From: a virus
Taxonomy: Duplodnaviria > Heunggongvirae > Uroviricota > Caudoviricetes
Virus record (IMG/VR): IMGVR_UViG_3300045996_004585
Span: 65,334 to 81,563 of that record
Direction: 5' to 3' (one strand)
Length of the DNA stretch: 16,230 nt
The notes beneath the pieces were generated by a model. That model did no database searches. It saw nothing but the letters and a program-made list of their open reading frames with translations, and had not been told where the DNA came from. Positions 13,962-16,230 of the stretch are shown piece by piece. Position numbers and translations under genes: made by a program. Position 1 is the stretch's first letter. Every line of letters begins with the position of its first letter.

Positions 13962-14849
13962 ATGCCAGAGATTTTTTGCAGTCAGATCAAGCTTTTGCCG
14001 CTAGACGTGGTGGAAGTTGAGGATGCTGACGATAGCAAGTACGCAGATAGTAAACTAGGCACTGGGCCAGAGCTACAGCCGACCGAGGAAGAGTTTGCTC
14101 TCTGGGCAAAGATGGATTACGAGGCATCACGCACGCCACGTGCAGTAATCTATGTGCCATTCAAGCGACAGTTGAAGTTGGGAATGGTTGGCCCTGATGT
14201 CAAGGCCGTCCACCGTGCGCTAAGAGTTTCAGCAGGCGAGCGTCCCGGTACGCCGACCAGACTGTTCGGCCCGTACATGAAGAAGCGTCTCATCTCCTTC
14301 CAGAAGAAGCGAGGCTTGAAGGCAGATGGCGTGTATGGCCTAGCCTCACACAGCGCACTCTCTCGTCACTTCGATGACTACGGTCGTTGGCTCATGGGCC
14401 AGACCAAGGTTCTCACCACAGAGCAGAAGAGGCGCGCAGCTATCGTCTCAACGGCGATGCACGGCTACAACATGCGCTACAACATCCACTACACACAGAG
14501 TGGACTTCGTATGTCAGGCGTGCGCGGGCGATTGCGACCACCGGCTTACGGACGTTACGAGGATTGTAGCTCATTCGCAACATGGTGCTATTGGGTTTCA
14601 GGCACACCTGACCCTAATGGACTAGGCTACAGTGGCTATGGCTACACGGGCACGCTGGCACAACACGGCAAGCGTATCTCCACAACGATGATGAAGCCAG
14701 GAGACTTGATCTTCTATGGCAGCTATCCTCATAACCACGTGACAATCTACGTGGGTAATGGTCGTTGCGTTAGCCATGGCTCAGAAATTGGGCCGTTGCT
14801 ATTGCCGTATAACTATCGCATGGTTAATTCAGTTAGAACATACATGTAA
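13962..14849 (+). CDS. Peptidoglycan endopeptidase: PG-binding domain + NlpC/P60 catalytic domain
   Basis: LKLGMVGPDVKAVHRAL...FQKKRGLKADGVYG is the PG_binding_1 pattern. DCSSFATWCY (Cys), KPGDLIFYG, NHVTIYVGNG (His) and SHG are the NlpC/P60 signature. RBS GAGAGGA. Confidence 0.92.
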   Translation: MPEIFCSQIKLLPLDVVEVEDADDSKYADSKLGTGPELQPTEEEFALWAKMDYEASRTPRAVIYVPFKRQLKLGMVGPDVKAVHRALRVSAGERPGTPTRLFGPYMKKRLISFQKKRGLKADGVYGLASHSALSRHFDDYGRWLMGQTKVLTTEQKRRAAIVSTAMHGYNMRYNIHYTQSGLRMSGVRGRLRPPAYGRYEDCSSFATWCYWVSGTPDPNGLGYSGYGYTGTLAQHGKRISTTMMKPGDLIFYGSYPHNHVTIYVGNGRCVSHGSEIGPLLLPYNYRMVNSVRTYM

Positions 14850-15973
14850 TGATCGGGATTGACATATCGAATTGGCAGCCGACAGTCGATTGGCCAAAGG
14901 TAAAGGCGGCAGGAGTCACCTTTGCTTGGTTCAAAGCAACAGAAGGATTGTCGTATGTCGATCCCACATTTTCAAAGCACGCTACAGGAGCATCAACAGT
15001 AGGGATTCGATGGGGAGCTTATCACTTCGCTAGACCGGATAACAATTCACCGGCTGTAGAAGTGGAGCGCTTTCTGTCTGTAGCACAACCAAAGGTGGGG
15101 CAGTTACTTCCAGTACTAGACTTTGAACATAGAGCAGACCTTAGTCCTTCAGCTATGACAACATGGGCGAAGGAATGGCTGCAAGGTGTAGAGAAGGCAA
15201 TTGGAGTTAAGCCCATCTTCTACACCTATCCGTTCTTCTTCTGGAATGACATGGGTGGCCCAACGGACTTGAAAGCATACCCGCTCTGGCTCGCAAGCTA
15301 CGGAGCTAATGACGGGACACGAGGGACAGCAACACCACTTTTCGCTGACTGGCCTATCGCGGCTCATCAGTACACATCGAATGGGTACGTAGATGGGATT
15401 GGTCAGAGGATCGATATGAACTACACCGATGATTTAGAGAAATTGGTCTACACAAAGGCAACGATGACATTACCGACTTGGCTTGAAACAGGGGCAGATG
15501 GCCTCATCTACGTGAAGCAATGGGTCTACGACTTTGTGCGTTGGCGACTAGTAGACGGCGCTGATCCAAATCTACGCCCAGCGAGCGCACCAGCATCTAT
15601 CACGCAGCCTGTGTGGAAGCTCACAGAGGGAGTGCAGAAGATCGCCAAGGAGCAGTTCGCTCCTGTTGTTCGTGAACGCGACACACTAAAGGTTGATCTG
15701 GCAACGGTGACTAACGAGCGCAATGCTCTACAGACAGAGCGTGACTTACTGGCCAAGACTCTCGATGGCCTTAACACCGATCTTGTAGCCATGACAGCAG
15801 AGCGTGATCTGCTACTAGCAGACAGAGATAAGCTGAGGACAGACTTGGCAGATTCACAAGTTGAAGCAACTACAGCGAAGAGCGAACTCTCCGCTTTGAC
15901 TTTACAACTTGAAAAAGCTAAAAGAAACTTTACAAGCTGGGCGGACGAGCTTAGTAACCGTATCTTCGGCTAA
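14849..15973 (+). CDS. Endolysin: GH25 muramidase + Trp/Pro-rich segment + C-terminal coiled coil
   Basis: GIDISNWQ, KATEG, GAYHFARP, LPVLDFE and HQYTSNG...IDMN are GH25 motifs. C-terminal heptads with repeated ERD.L. TAATG overlap with the upstream gene. Confidence 0.93.
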   Translation: MIGIDISNWQPTVDWPKVKAAGVTFAWFKATEGLSYVDPTFSKHATGASTVGIRWGAYHFARPDNNSPAVEVERFLSVAQPKVGQLLPVLDFEHRADLSPSAMTTWAKEWLQGVEKAIGVKPIFYTYPFFFWNDMGGPTDLKAYPLWLASYGANDGTRGTATPLFADWPIAAHQYTSNGYVDGIGQRIDMNYTDDLEKLVYTKATMTLPTWLETGADGLIYVKQWVYDFVRWRLVDGADPNLRPASAPASITQPVWKLTEGVQKIAKEQFAPVVRERDTLKVDLATVTNERNALQTERDLLAKTLDGLNTDLVAMTAERDLLLADRDKLRTDLADSQVEATTAKSELSALTLQLEKAKRNFTSWADELSNRIFG

Positions 15974-15990
15974 ATGGGTAACGATGCGAA

Positions 15991-16230
15991 ATGGATTTAG
16001 AACAGCTACTATCACTAGTCCCCGAGGCGGGAGCCACGGGATTGCTCGTGTTTTTCATTGTGGCCGTATCCAAGGGGTGGATTCTCTTTAAGAGGGAAGT
16101 CGATTCTATTATCGCAGCGAAGGATGAGCTAGAAGCCGAACGCAACGATTGGAGAGAGCTAGCTCTACGAGGAACAGACCTAGCAGAAGGACTTGCTAAG
16201 GTACAACAGAGAAAGTTCGGAGTGAAGTAA
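15991..16230 (+). CDS. Holin-like small membrane protein (79 aa)
   Basis: One hydrophobic segment (AGATGLLVFFIVAVSKGWILF), then a charged amphipathic helix (ERNDWRELAL) and a basic C-terminus. Immediately follows the lysins. Confidence 0.6.
   Translation: MDLEQLLSLVPEAGATGLLVFFIVAVSKGWILFKREVDSIIAAKDELEAERNDWRELALRGTDLAEGLAKVQQRKFGVK

Noticed and set aside
13064-13963. 299-aa minus-strand Ala-rich ORF spanning the 281-aa gene
   Set aside because: Stop-free antisense frame explained by Ala/Gly/Val/Thr codon bias. The + strand has the RBS, the late motif and the protein repeats.
1-16230. tRNA/ncRNA genes, CRISPR array, transposase/integrase, stop-codon reassignment
   Set aside because: No cloverleaf, spaced direct repeats or recombinase motifs seen by eye. 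Genes tile tightly under the standard code with TAA, TAG and TGA all acting as stops. A tRNAscan-SE/Infernal run would be needed to exclude small RNAs formally.

Overview
A phage genome segment with no host genes, RNA genes or CRISPR array seen. The right ~15 kb (+ strand) is a late operon block. It holds a 1210-aa multi-module protein, two fibre/tail-collar genes, acidic head-assembly proteins, a prohead protease-scaffold fusion, a capsid decoration protein and major capsid protein, several capsid-neighbourhood genes, and a lysis cassette (PG-binding+NlpC/P60 peptidase, GH25 lysozyme with coiled-coil tail, holin-like protein). From memory, the capsid, decoration and protease-scaffold proteins resemble those of Bxz1/cluster C-type actinobacterial myoviruses; I could not run a search to confirm this. 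The left 1.1 kb holds four small minus-strand genes behind three near-consensus sigma70/SigA promoters with extended -10, and one more such gene is inserted after the capsid gene. Most notable: (1) a motif TAATAG-N-YGAG in four intergenic sites, each upstream of a + strand structural gene, a candidate phage late promoter; (2) the 1210-aa protein looks like small domains strung together and punctuated by recurring [KRH]-x-A and YYR-x-A motifs, suggesting a protease-processed, capsid-loaded polyprotein (inference).
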